DNA of 61,708 bases, counting the filler, from Sphacelaria rigidula (Eukaryota): NCBI GenBank assembly GCA_964200075.2. It is 9 parts of 9 records of this genome, joined end to end, with 100 filler letters (N's around TTAATTAATTAA, not from the genome) between each part and the next. Parts side by side here need not be neighbours in the genome. Positions count along the whole stretch, not along the records: positions 34,341 to 41,107 come from CAXNAA020018179.1; positions 41,208 to 47,974 come from CAXNAA020018180.1; 7 more parts are not named here. One strand, given 5' to 3'. The position numbers and the translations under genes are program-made. The notes under the pieces are model-generated. The model saw only the letters and a list, made by a program, of their open reading frames with translations, made no database searches and was not told the DNA's origin. Shown in pieces: positions 34,241 to 46,639 of this stretch (positions are counted from its first letter, which is position 1; each line of letters starts with the position of its first letter).

Positions 34241-34340
34241 NNNNNNNNNNNNNNNNNNNNNNNNNNNNNNNNNNNNNNNNNNNNTTAATTAATTAANNNN
34301 NNNNNNNNNNNNNNNNNNNNNNNNNNNNNNNNNNNNNNNN
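34241..34340. other. Artificial contig-joining linker
   Basis: N44-TTAATTAATTAA-N44. Confidence 0.98.
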
Positions 34341-34391
34341 CTGTGCCCACTTCCGTTGTCTGGCTGTGGTTCGGTGCTTATGCGTCGCTGT

Positions 34392-34422
<31 letters not shown>

Positions 34423-34436
34423 CAATCTGTTTTCAA

Positions 34437-34732
34437 CAATGTTTTCGTGAGATTGTAAGTAGAGGGTACGAGTGAGAGTGAAATGCGGTCGACTAATGAA
34501 CGGATCATTCTAGTTCCGAAATGCCACTTCACGGGGCCCAATATTCTTCCTGTAGTAGCTTGCCACTGAGGCGCTTGATATCCCTGAGTACGATATCGAC
34601 CTGTAGCTGTAAGCACACGGCAATGACAAGGGCAAAGAAGAGCACACACGGAATGGTAAATTTGCCAAGTTGAAGCTAGTGATCAAGGTCACCCTCAATT
34701 CGCGCTCTACTCTCCATCTCCCGAATACGTTG
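34437..34732. mobile_element. CA(A/G)TGTTTTCGTGAG-TIR MITE (~295 bp)
   Basis: Colinear with 58725-59012 (tgtagtagcttgccactga, taagcaca); degenerate TIRs. Confidence 0.75.
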
Positions 34733-35094
34733 TATTTGTTGTTGGCATCCCCGAAGATGTTGAGCGTGTTAGTAAGGGGTTACAAAAGAAAAAAAAACAG
34801 TGCCCAACTCCTGAAATGAAGCGCCGCGTCATCCGACCAACGACAAAAAACAGCATCAGCTGACCCAGTTTGAGACGATCTTCGTTTATAGGGTGAACCG
34901 TGAGAACACCACACGGGAAGAGATCAAACTTCTTCTTAGACGCGCTCGTGCCTCGTGTCAAGCGCTCGAATCTCGTTCTCACCTCAACCACGAATGCAAA
35001 AGGCCAACATCTTCGGTCGGTTTGCCGTTCGTCTTTTAGTGAGCCGAGTCAGCCTGGTGTAGTCGCCTGATATTCCCCCGGACGACACATCATG

Positions 35095-35138
35095 GGTCGG
35101 ACAAATAATGATTCGTCTGACTATAACTTGCTCCTAGT
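35095..35138 (+). mobile_element. Helitron-like 3' terminus (hairpin + CTAG|T)
   Basis: GGTCGGACAAATAATGATTCGTCTGACT hairpin, about 11 nt spacer, CTAG at 35134-35137 then T; paralog at 38306-38349. Confidence 0.55.
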
Positions 35139-35150
35139 CTACAACCTGTC

Positions 35151-35390
35151 GCCCCGGTCGCTCAGGTGGTGACCTCAAAACCTTGTGACGAAAGGGTCGT
35201 GGGTTCAAATCTCAGAGTAGTCCGGGATTTTTACTCGCACCATGCTCAACAGTGGAGAGCGACCATGTTTTGGGTACACAAAATTCGACCTTACGGTCGC
35301 CAAGGGAAAGGAAGGGATTCGGTATTCAAACCAGCGATGATTCGTCCAACCCTTGCACGTAAAGCGAGCCTATACATGAAAAACTAACAT
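35151..35390 (+). mobile_element. tRNA-derived SINE
   Basis: GCCCCGGTCGCTCAGGTGG (A box) ... GTGGGTTCAAATCTC (B box), then a non-tRNA body ending in an A-rich tract; the 3' boundary is approximate. Confidence 0.6.
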
Positions 35391-36574
35391 CCCGTGTGTG
35401 AAAGTTGTCACCTGGCCCATTGCGGTGAGACTGATGGTGGTTTGTAGTCAAAGGCTCCACCCTACACGAAGCTTGTGTCTCATTTCAACGGGCGCGACCT
35501 CAGCATGGGGGTACTCGTGTCTCCAAGGCTACGATTATCGCTGCTGAAGCAATTTTCGGTATGAGTGAGGACCGTGTGGGTCGATATGAACACGCGAAAG
35601 AGAAGCTGAGCCCCAATGCCTACCGGCTTGGACGTCTATGCTCAGTTCCACGCAGGATTCAGATATCTACTGGGAGATATCTCGAGGTTGTGAAACAATG
35701 AGGGAGGTGATGGACGATTATTCATCGTCACGGCGTGTCTCTAAACACGTCATGGAAAAAGCCCTCAGGCCACCGTTAGGATAAGGTGTCTCCAGAAGAA
35801 AAAGCAGCCTAGCCTTCACACAAATGTGAAAAATGCGCGACCAGGAGTTCAACCCAGGAACGTGAACGCAGCAACTTCGATAGCACGCACAGAAACCTGG
35901 CCAAAGCTCAGGTTCTTAATGCTGGGACCTTCACCGTCGAATGACATCCACAAGGTACCCCGACGGAAGTAGAAAATCGATGTTATACTCAAATATTTGG
36001 AGGATGACGGCGGTGGGTTGTACGGCCTGCAGTTTTCAAGGAGATTCCACCGGCTGTTGTTGTGGATGACAAACTGATGTACCTCGTGGAGTGAGGGGTA
36101 TGCTGTACTGCGGTAACGGTCAAGAAAATATGGCAAATCTGATTTCGTGAACGTTCATTTGTATCGCGTGGTTTTACGCCTCGATCTAGCGAGGGGAAGT
36201 AGGTTCTCCCTACTTATTATTTCACTTTCTTACAGAGTTGAGAGCGTTCTCGTGAAGACTTCGTCTTCACCATACTTGGACGCCCCTAAAGTGTGAAAAA
36301 GAATGTGCAAAAAAACCTGCTTCATTGTGGTTTTGTTGATCCCGCCTTGGAAGAGCGCCCACACAAAATTTCCAGGGGCTGTGAACTGGCTGCTCTGGCC
36401 AATCAAGTCTAAACTGGTCGCGCGAGCGGCCAGTACATCGATTGTTTTCCAGTTAATCGGCTTCGCCGATCATCTGGAAAACAATCGGCGGCGAGCGGCG
36501 AAGCAAAATGTGACCCCTCACATTGAGGAGCTTAGAGTCTTGGGTGACACCGGAGTGCCCGACAAAAAACCCTC

Positions 36575-36960
36575 CAAGAAGTCTTGGGTTAGGTAGCGCC
36601 CATGATTGTCGGCCCCATCTGCCACCACACCATGCGGCATCAATTGACGGTGCAGATAGTTGCGTCTACTGTAGCTTGATTGAGCAAGCATTGCAAGGAA
36701 TTGTGGTATTTTCTTGGTCTTGTTTTTGTCGTGGAAGTGTCATGTGCGATGTACTGCCGAAACTCGTAAGTATGACTTGGCATTACTTGGCTCCAAAGGT
36801 ATGCGAAGAATTAAAGCTAGATGAACACGAATTTTAGCTCTCCATATACAATTTTCTTCATTTCTCCCCTCATTTTCATAATGTTCAAGATTCAGTGCCC
36901 CCCCCACCCGAAGGACTCCAGGATTCAAACAAAGGGCATGGGGTCTCGGATTGTTTTTCT
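36575..36960. repeat. Uninterrupted paralog of the repeat hosting the Gypsy element
   Basis: gtcttgggttaGGTAgcgcccatgattg joins the two Gypsy flanks with a single GGTA. Confidence 0.85.
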
Positions 36961-37419
36961 TGGGGCACTATCGGATGACACTCAACTCCCATTCAAAGCG
37001 GTGGGCGATTCGGAAACCACTCATCTGTATTATGCAGCAGCAGACTTTCCGTGAGGACGGGACGATGCAAAGAAGCCAAGGCTGGCAACACGCGAAGAAA
37101 ACAGCGCAAGATTATTGACGTCCGGACCCACAAGCACGCATGCGGTTGAATTGCAAGCCATGGTGTACTTTGTATCTTGTTGTCGCGGATCACCGTTTGT
37201 GTGCTATTCTTCATTTCAGATTCCAGATGTGCTATGAAACGAGAAGCCTGACATACACCCTCATTCCGCTCCTTGTGTCGTGACCACGAGTACTGCCTGT
37301 ACTGTTGTCAGGTGCAGACCCCAATCCTATCAACATCCTGTTCGTAATCGTGTAAGCATTTTCATTGTAGACGAACCGTGCTCAAGATGGTGTTGATATA
37401 GCCGATAACGGGAAACCTC

Positions 37420-37512
37420 AAATAATCTGGATAAACTAGAGTCCCCATCAACAGTTTCAGTCAAACTCCAGTTCCAGTTCAACTGCCAGTACAAACTGGT
37501 CTAGTTCACAGC
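37420..37512. repeat. CCAGTT-rich repeat end; empty-site paralog of 48790-49332
   Basis: ctggataaact.gagtcc.catca.cAGTT...gccagtacaaactggtctagttcacag. Confidence 0.7.
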
Positions 37513-37514
37513 CC

Positions 37515-37857
37515 TAAAAATTTCCCCACACAAAAACCAAACGTGGGCCGGCGAGTGGCGTGCGAAACACGGTTTCGAATTTCTACCGACCCCATTTTAG
37601 CAAGGCCCATGCTCCGCCCAATATTTGGAATTGGAGCGTGAAATTTGGTATAGACAGTGCATGGGGCACAAATAAAAAAGCGGCGTCGGTACAAGTCTCC
37701 TCAATTGTTCACGAGTGGAGATAATAATCGGTTTTCGGGTATCAGTAATTGCCCGCATCCTAAAAAACAACACACCACATCTTCACTCCACCTCCAAATA
37801 TTGGTCGGGACACGGGCCTGCAAACTTGAAATCCGCCTTTTGGCTGGCGCAGCTCGT
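37515..37857. mobile_element. Diverged copy of the GGCCCAGCTCG|TA element
   Basis: accaaacgtgggccgg...aaatttggtat...gggcctgcaaac...ggctggcgcagctcgta. Confidence 0.7.
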
Positions 37858-38305
37858 ATATCCAGGGGTATCTGAAGAAATACCGGGTGCGATCTCTTAG
37901 GCCCAGGAGAAGTCCAAATATACACATGTCATCTCTTCTGCGATATTGCAAATTCGTGCAGAGTTTTTCTTCCGATGTCTACATATATCCTGTTACGGCC
38001 ATTTTCAGACCGAATTATGGACTCTACTCAAGGGGAACTGCCCCCACAACGACTTGCTGTGAATGATTTCGAGAAACTGTTTCGTACCAATCGAACACCA
38101 GGTGTGCACAGGATCAGAATGCGGCGGATCTGGAAGTGGTTTTTACTCAAACATGAGGCTCCAGACAAGAGTAAGAAGGCAATGCAAAACCTCAACAACC
38201 GGGTGCTCGAGCGGAATATATTCGGTTTGCGGGGGCAACAACTCCCTCAGGTTCGGCTCTGACGGTGTTCGGTTGTGCGGCAAGCTGAGCGGGCAACGTA
38301 TCAAG

Positions 38306-38349
38306 GGTCAGACAAATAATGATTCGTCTGGAAATTACTTGGTCGTAGT
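38306..38349 (+). mobile_element. Helitron-like 3' terminus, second copy
   Basis: TCAGACAAATAATGATTCGTCTG hairpin followed by ...GTAG|T. Confidence 0.45.
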
Positions 38350-39160
38350 ATTACGAGTCGACTCGTGAGGAGTCAATCCCTAGGATTCATTTCAGCGTTG
38401 CAAGCCAGGTACACGTAGCTCAGACACGTGGAATGGCGCAAAAGTTGCGTGGGTACCCCTTGGACCAGCGATCAACTTTCTTTTCCTTTTGGGCGATTAG
38501 GCCAAAGAAATAGTGAATTTGGTGATCTCGAGGCGAGATGATTTGTCCTAGCCGTGAAACATTTGCATGCTGCCCCATCAATGGGACGCGATTGTCCTCC
38601 GTTGACTTTCTCGAAATGTTTCCCTCAAAATTGGATTGCATGAGGCTTTCTTCACTTCCCGAAATCAACACAAGTTTCCTGCGCACGTTTGTTTGGGGAC
38701 GGTATCACAGTGACTTACTTATCTGCAGTCTCTTCTCAACAAACGAATGTTGGAAAAAGAGGAGGAATCCTTTAGACCAGGGCCCCAACAACAGGAACGT
38801 TGCTCATGGAGATGTGCCAAATTTCAGCTCCCAACTCCTCAGGTTGAGCACCGCGTCACCCGGTGATCTAGTGAAAGACTATCCTCCGCCACAGCTCGTC
38901 ATGAGCGCATCGCAGACAACACTTTGTGAGGAAACACTAGTCTCGACCCTGCAGGAAGTAAACATCGACTCGAAGATCGAACAACGCTCAAACACGGACC
39001 ACCGTCATTTTCTCCACTAGTGCTACCCAAGTAACCATCCCGTGCCACCTGAACTCGCCTTGCTCTGGCGCGCGTGTCGACATCGCACTCATGGTACTTG
39101 TTCTCCACGACCCGAGGGAAATATCGGCAATGATGCGCGACAGGAGGGAAAACACTGGAG

Positions 39161-39222
39161 AGAGGGGGGGGGGGGGGGGGCGTACTCATTTCTTGCTCGA
39201 CTTGTTCATTTGACCGCTGACT
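39161..39222 (-). repeat. Family PG element, diverged partial copy
   Basis: G-run + CGTACTCATTTCTTGCTCGACTTGTTCATTTGACCGCTGAC. Confidence 0.75.
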
Positions 39223-40793
39223 CAACACTGGGTAGGGGCACGCAGCGGCGACTCTCTCTGGGGGGAACGGTTCCAAGGCAAAGACCCACACGACTTCTTC
39301 ATGTGCACAACCCGAGACTCGCTGACCAAGCATTTTGACCACCCTGACCGGTACCACGGCAAAAATTGTGGTACATTCGTCCAGAAGCACATGTGCGCAC
39401 GATGTCGACACCGCGGGCACGTACGCTAGCAGAGAAGTGTGTGAACACTAGATGGAGAGAGTGAAACATGCGCTGCAGCCACTACCCGTTCACGTCGCTC
39501 ACCTGATGGCGACACAGCCACGTAAATAGATGACTCGCACATGCGTTGCCCAAGGTTGGTGGTTGGTGACGACCTTCAACAGCCAGTCAACTCCATCTCG
39601 ACATGGACCACAACGTAAAACGGCACTCAAAGTAGCGCACGCCAACGAGAGCGCAAACGAGAACTTGGCACCCAGGCGTACTCACCTCCGCACACAGTCC
39701 ACACGGGGGTTGACGCGCGCGTCGCGTCCGACGACACTGCGCAGCTCCAAAAGTACCCACCGTAACCGTTGCTCTTGCTTCCTCTCATATGTGAAGACCA
39801 ACATGGAGAGAGGACGGAAGGTCAAGAGATCGGCCATGATCGCCGCAGTCGCACAAACGTGGCCGAGAAGGCTGACTTCTCTTCTCTTTTTCTTGTGTGA
39901 GCCACGAAATACGCGGCAGGTAATCCCCGTTGAGGTGGCGCCTGTAGTGAACAGACGCTGACTGCATAACTATGCTGTGATGACGTTGGCCCGGGCACCA
40001 GGTTTGGACTCAGGGAAGGCAGATGACCGAAATCACCACACACGACCCATCTTCGCCTCAAGTAACCCAGCACCCGGGGTTTTGTCCGGGATGTCCGAAT
40101 GGCACTCTCTGCCCAAGTATCCGGGGAATTTCCCCAGGCTTGACACCCCCCCTTCAAAAGGGAGGGGCCGCCCGATGGCAGTCCGTGCAGCGTGTTGCGT
40201 GACTGACAGACGGAGGGCGAGGCGCTCGTGTGGAGCTGCTGTACAGCATCGTGTTTTTCATGAAAGGTATTAGCTCACATGTTCAGGTCCGTCGTCAGAA
40301 GTCTTTTTCCAAACCGATGCAATGTGTTGTTTATCTTGTGATACATCACGTGGAATAAAATCAAACGGTTATCTTGGTATCATTGATACACCTATCATAA
40401 TCTCAGTATCGTAGAACTCCTTGGAACTTCACAGAGGCAATGAAGGAATCACAAAGCACCACAGGTAACTAATAAAAACATAGGGTCAGGGGAAGGTTAG
40501 AGGATAATGTCAGAGGTACCGCGGTACTTTTGGATCAAAGGAACATTTCGGAACAGTTAGAGCTGTGATCGTCTCGATCTGTTGTGGAGGTCGCCATACC
40601 GTGTAGTGTGTAGTACTGTTTGCCTCCATCGATAAACCTACGGGGACCTTCCGTAGGAAACCCTTTTGTTGTGGCTGAGGTTACTTTCGAATAGCTATTA
40701 TAGTTTTGGAAACAGACCACACGAACAGTCAATCACCTCGGGCGGAAGATCGTTAGGTGTGCTGCACGAACAAGATAGGTCTTGGAGAACAAG

Positions 40794-40972
40794 ATGACTG
40801 TGAACGAATGGGAGACGGGGAGCCTCGACAGTCAAGATGCGGAGCCAGGCGCATTAGGGGTATTCAATGTGACTGGCATGGCCATAGGACAGGTGTTCCA
40901 AGGCAATTCCGCTGTAACCTCCATGGACTTCCACGAGGACGGCGAGCTGTGCGTTACTGCCAATAGCGATAG
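40794..40972 (+). CDS. WDR82: WD40 protein WDR82/Swd2 (COMPASS subunit), exon 1
   Basis: MTVNEW...MAIGQVFQGNSAVTSMDFHEDGELCVTANSD resembles the WDR82 N-terminus (F.V.KVF..N...I...DF...G...++S.DD); GTATGA donor at 40973. Confidence 0.72.
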
Positions 40973-41107
40973 GTATGAATCATATATAGCCTACGGAGGA
41001 TAACACCCTCGGGTGATAAGTTGACACTTTCTACGATAGCCTCCACCCATATTCAGGTCGTAGAGTTCGTCACAGCATCGGGATTCGCCGCGCCATTTTG
41101 CGACTCC

Positions 41108-41207
41108 NNNNNNNNNNNNNNNNNNNNNNNNNNNNNNNNNNNNNNNNNNNNTTAATTAATTAANNNNNNNNNNNNNNNNNNNNNNNNNNNNNNNNNNNNN
41201 NNNNNNN
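41108..41207. other. Artificial contig-joining linker
   Basis: N44-TTAATTAATTAA-N44. Confidence 0.98.
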
Positions 41208-41268
41208 CAATGGTCAAATGACTAAGGCAAGCAAAAAAAGAGTCCCCCCCCCCCCCCCCCCTCCCCCC
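41208..41268 (+). repeat. Family PG element at contig start
   Basis: CAATGGTCAAATGACTAAGGCAAGCAA...GAGT + C-run. Confidence 0.8.
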
Positions 41269-41347
41269 ACGCCCACAAGGTGCACACACTAACACCTTCG
41301 CCGCCTTACCCACCATCTTCGGGACCCCAAACCCCCGTTGCTGCCAG

Positions 41348-41548
41348 GTGGACTACAAGCCGTTCGTAATGACGGTCATGATGGCCGCGTCCTCGTCCTT
41401 CATAACGCCTATTGGCTACCAGACGAATACCATGGTTTGGGCGCCCGGAGGTTACGCTTTCGGCGATTTCATCAAGCTGGGGACACCGCTATCCGTGCTT
41501 AATCTCGTCGTAGGGAGCTTTCTCATGCCCTATGTGTTCCCTTTTTAG
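41348..41548 (+). CDS. SLC13/SLT-type (SAC1-like) sodium:sulfate/anion symporter, terminal exon
   Basis: CAG acceptor; MAASSSFITPIGYQTNTMVWAPGGYAFGDFIKLG.PL is the characteristic C-terminal motif; TAG stop. Confidence 0.92.
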   Translation: MDYKPFVMTVMMAASSSFITPIGYQTNTMVWAPGGYAFGDFIKLGTPLSVLNLVVGSFLMPYVFPF

Positions 41549-41716
41549 GGGGCGTGCTTTTCTTCGACTCGACCATGTTTTTTTTTGTCTTTTGTTTAAT
41601 TTGCTCCGTTTTGTCTTGTCGTTCTTTTCTTTGTCTTTGAGATCTTTCCCCCCCTTGACTTCCCTTTGACAAGTGTTTCCACGTTGTTTACCTTGAATAC
41701 GTTTTATTGTGGATAA

Positions 41717-41771
41717 TGACCATGGCTGGATCCGTCGGAGATCACTCGATGTGCCACAATCAATCAATCAA
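41717..41771 (+). mobile_element. Non-LTR retroposon 3' end with (CAAT)n tail
   Basis: T-rich run-up, then TGACCATGGCTGGATCC...GTGCCACAATCAATCAATCAA; two paralogs in the carrier intron. Confidence 0.6.
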
Positions 41772-42722
41772 TTGATCATGTTCGGTCGGGTCGTGGTTAA
41801 ATGTGTGTCCATTACACTGTAGCCCCGAGAGATCGGCTAGTTCTTTTTTCATGCTCTTGTGTGTTGGACCAACTACTACTATGGGAATTTTTTCCTCCAA
41901 CATTTCTGGATTTTTCAGGGATTTCCGAAGCCCAAAACTTTTCGTCTCCATTGTGGGACAGGAAATCATCGGCATTTTTTAATCTTCAAAGTAAAGGAAG
42001 GCGAAAATATCAGAAACATGTCAAAACTGGGCCTAGTTCTTACGGCTATCTCACCCCTCTCAGAACTGGCTTTTTCTTGAATCTTGGGCACTATAACCCA
42101 TCTTGCCATCTCACCCACACCACTGACTATCCATACCGAACCACCTGCAGCGCCTGAACCTACGGCGAGTGGTACCTACTACGGCCTACGGCACTTGTGT
42201 AAGGAGGGTGGCTGCTCCCTCATACGGAAGCGAACTTGAGAGAGTAGGAGTCTGGGGTAGGCTTTGAAGCGAGACGGGCCTTGAGTCTTTCGAGACACCG
42301 TTGTGCGTGTACGGGTTGCTAGCGAGCTGGAGCTAGCTCATGATCGGTCTGGTCCACGACCTGTCTCTGTCCAATTTTGGGTTGCGGTGTGCACGTGTCC
42401 GGTTTCAAATTCAGACGGGCAAAAAAGCCAAGCAATACTATGGAATGTACCTTGGCGTGGGTATTTCAAGCATAGGAGGGGCAATTCATAGTTAAACACA
42501 GAGTGGTTTACATATAAAGATGAATTAATTAACCAATCAATGTCCGTGGGATATGGTTATTACTTTTTGGTTGGGAGTGGCTGGGGTTGGACCATGATTT
42601 TTTGGGTTGGATTATTATTTTTTGGAAAAAATGAACACAATATGGAACACTACATCGAAGAAATAGAAGTATGCAGGATGGCGAACGTTACGTGAGGCAC
42701 GGCGTTGAGCGTGGACCATACC

Positions 42723-43101
42723 CTAGTCGCACGGGACCTCGATCCAGCTGGCGTCATCGTGGTCCCAAAGAGCGAAATGCCCACAGAGCGAAAATTTCAC
42801 TAACGGGACACGGAAACGTGAAACACGAAAAAGTGGAACACGAAAACTAAGAAACAGAATTTTGCCGGATGTGGAACGTAATGAGGAACACGGGGGATGC
42901 CGCTGCGATGCGTGTGCAAAAGGCAAAACGCAAACGTAATTGCGAAAGTGGAGTGGCAACCTCCTTGGCGTCGTCAGGGTCACACGCCGAGAGAACTCAC
43001 GTTGGCGGTGGCACAAGTACCCCGTCGCGCAGGTACCTATATCCTTGCTTCTTCAGCGCCTCCCTAACGGCGAACCCGTTTTCCACTACAACGTAACAAG
43101 T
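42723..43101 (-). CDS. Possible last two exons of an unknown gene (43101-43001 and 42747-42723)
   Basis: TCYVVVENGFAVREALKKQGYRYLRDGVLVPPP(T), strong GTGAGT donor at phase 2, CAG acceptor, WIEVPCD*. No homology recognised. Confidence 0.4.
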
Positions 43102-44658
43102 CTTGTTTGGGACCGAAATGTGGATAACGGGGGGCAACATATACTACAATGCAGCACGCTGTAGTGATGATATGCAGTTTATGTTGGAGCCGCGGATAAG
43201 ATGAATGGAGGGGGGAGGGGATCGTGTTGCGGTGGACACGCCATGAGATGTGAGATCGCCGGGCAGTGAGTGGTTGTCGGGCTCTTCGTTCGTTGGCAAG
43301 GAGATGATGCAAGCATAGACGTGGATGGGATATCGCGGGAGAGATGAGCATGTCGACAAAGTATGGTGCAGAGCTCAGGCATAGTAAGATTTTTAGCGAA
43401 AAAGGAAAAGGGTAATGGTGATTCGTCGGTTGACCGAGGGACGGAAGGGCATGTGGGCACGATTTCGATGTCTTTTTTCCGGAAAAATATTCATGGCGTT
43501 TCGGCGGCGAAACGGCGGAATTCAGGCGATGAATCCTCTTGTCGTGATCTACCGTAAATTGGGCTATGTGAGTACGTGTTCGAAGTGGTTTTTCCGGGAA
43601 ACTCCGATGAGATATTGGCAGCGAATGAAGGGCGCATAGAGGGCCATTTGTGCAGAGGTAACGTACGGTAATATATTATTTGCGGAAAATGGCGATTTTT
43701 TTTCGTGGATGGTCGCTGAATATCTTCTAAGAACGGCGAGGAATCATGGGGATTTCGGCAGTGAATCCTGTGGTCGAGAGTTATGGTGAGGTATCGTGTC
43801 GTAATTTTGTGGAAGTCTGACGTGTTTAGAGGTGGCGTACGTGGAAATGAGTTTAATCGATTTTTCTGGATAATGTTGATGGGGTATCTGCGGCAAAGTA
43901 TGGGCGCATGGGCGGTGCCTGCTCCAGAGGTTACGTGCCTCAAGATTTTCAGCGGAATTCGGCAAGTTGAAGAGATTAATGTGGGATAGCCGGGAATATA
44001 TGGGAATTTTTAGGGTGGATGCTGTCGTCGTGAGTACTCGTAACGTACGGTGAAAAAATCCTATCGGAATTCGGCAATTTTTGTCGTGGTCGTGGAAGTG
44101 TTTGATGTGTGATTGCCGGAGATTTATCGGGATTCAGAGAGTAGATGATGTTGTGGTATAACTGTCGTTGTACAGAGCCCGTAGCATCGACAAATCATTT
44201 CAACTGGGCATGGAAAGGACGACCTAGCAGTGTACCATGCATTAGGCGAGGATGAGTTGGCCTTGGCGAGGAGAGACTACGGTAGGGAAGAGCGGGCGAG
44301 AAGTTAGGAAGGCGATAGGGTATGTGATCATAATGTCTACCTTAATACCTTTGGGCCCCACCTTGGAGAGATGAGAGCATTTTCGCCCTGATCTCTGGAG
44401 GTGTATGGTACGACGTATGACGTCGCTGAGAGTGGGCAACGTTTTGACGTACGTCCGAGAAACGCCGGTAGGAGTTTTTGGAACACCGATTGAATTCAAA
44501 AACAGATTTTTCAGGGAGAGGAAACGACAATGTAAAACAATATTCCAAAATCAGGAGCCATGGTACACGTCGTTATTTCTCCTTCATATATTTCTGGATT
44601 TCCGAAATCTGTAAAAAAAAAATCAAAACAACTGGCTACGAAAATCCCCACAACAGTT

Positions 44659-44906
44659 GAGGCATCCTACGATAGGGGGGGGGTATTTTGGGCCACTTCT
44701 TGCACGAAATTTCAAGTCAAATCGTCGTTGAAAGCAGCAACGGTTGTTCGAACGAGCTTGTTATAGATAAATAATGCTCATCCATACCGCTTGACACCGT
44801 TTTCGACCAAAAACAAGCGCACCGCGAGTGTGGCAGGTCGTCTGACACACCTATGAGCCTCTTTTTTCGTGCAATCAAATACCCCCCCCCTATCGTAGGA
44901 TGACTC
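44659..44906. mobile_element. MITE with ~30-bp TIRs containing a G9 run
   Basis: GAGGCATCCTACGATAGGGGGGGGGTATTT ... AAATACCCCCCCCCTATCGTAGGATGACTC; TSD unclear. Confidence 0.88.
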
Positions 44907-46180
44907 ATTTGGTCTCGACCAAGTCCGACGACTTTTATTTAGCTTAGAGTGTTGAATCAGACGACTACTTGTTAAGAGTGTTTATATTGCAAGGATAGGC
45001 TTATTTATTTGCCATCGACAATACTGACTTTTCCAGCGCGAGGACACCTTCTCGGAGAAATATTACGGGCTGGTTCACGGTTTTGACCCCCAATTTCACT
45101 CATGAGCAAACACTTTTCGCAATCCCTACTCGAGTGTCGCATACACTGCATCATACTCACCACCATGGACAACTGAAGATGGTGACAACCAGAATATTGT
45201 TTAAGGACATGGCGGTGGCGCTAAGTGAGGAGCAAAGGGGTACCTCAACCAATCAGCGTCCTTCAAACTGTTCTGGAATAAAAACACGACTTATTCGCTC
45301 ATTTTTTACCCAATCTCAACATGCTTCAAACCGTTGTTACCGCCATCGGCTCGGGAATCTAACGAGAAAAACAGATATGAAAACGACTGTATGGATGGGA
45401 TCAAGCTATAATACTCCAAACCGTGGTATCTTCGTGATGTGGGGTTTTGGCAGCATCGAGTATCCACTGATGACATGCATCGAAGACCCAGTGAGCCCTC
45501 TGTTAGTGTCCCTTATATATACACACATATACACATAGTACAAAAAGCTCCGATCGCCCTCGACCAGTAGGCCGTTCGGTAGGTATTATTGGTGCTCCAA
45601 ATGAAAAAACAAGTAGTTCGAAAGTTATTTTAAAGATGATTCTCCGCTTTCTACAGACTTCCGGGGATCTTCCCGCCGGGACCCCAGGAAGCCGGTAATT
45701 AATGCCTGGAAAGAGATGTGTTAGTCCTGAGGTAGTCCGAGGAACATCTTTACAAGGATATGTATGGTAACCCCAAAAAAATGCGATGGGGCCGTCTTGA
45801 CGCTGAACGGACCCGAAAGGCCGTTTCCCTATTGTACTGAAACCAAGTAATTGGGAATTCGCTTCTTTCGAATTCACTTGATTAGAGCTACACAAAGGAA
45901 GGCGCAAACAAATGCTCACACTGATTCTTGGATTAAGACTGAAATTGCACACACATCTTAGCGGGCATTACTAAACCTTTTTTGAAGGACGGCGCCTTTC
46001 GCTTTTTTTCCCGCTAGCTATCGGGGGTCTCAGATGTTGATGTGATTCCCATACCCCCTCAAAAACTCTGAAATCCTCGATATCTGGGGAAAAACAAAGA
46101 AAAATATAATAACATCGTTTTTCGAAAGTTTCTTGATGTCCCGTAGTAAACCTGTATGTGTGTATTATTTTTCACAGTCT

Positions 46181-46637
46181 AGGGCCACTTGTGTGGCAAC
46201 CAATCTGTATTTGTACAAATATGAGGATTTCAGCCCGTTAAAATCCGATTTTCTCCCGTGGATTGATTATTCGGACCCCAGTCCGTTGGGCAATGTTTTT
46301 CGCCTAGCACTGAGGAAATCAGATGAATTCTGCGACTCTCTGGGCGCTGACTTTTGGTTCATGACCTTTCTGCTCAGATCGGAAGACTCCCGCATCTCCC
46401 CCGATTTGGGCCCCAGAGTCGGGGGAGATGTGGGAGTCTCCCGATTTGAGCAGAAAGGTAATAAATAAAAAGCCAGGGTCCAGAGAATCGGAGAATTGAT
46501 CTGGTTGCCTCAGAGCTAGACGAAAAACATTACCCAACGGACGGGGGTCCAAAAATTGAATTCACGGGAGGAAATCGAATTTTAACGGGCTAAAATCCTC
46601 ATATTTAATACGGATTGGTTGCATTACGAAGTGGTCT
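46181..46637. mobile_element. Foldback MITE
   Basis: Arms ggccactt...gcaaccaatc.gtatt...aaatatgagga and their reverse complement, centred at ~46411; boundaries approximate. Confidence 0.85.
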
Positions 46638-46639
46638 GA

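Noticed and set aside
36055..36110. Chromodomain-like relic (DDKLMYLVE*)
   Set aside because: Needs both a stop repair and a frameshift; too short to support.
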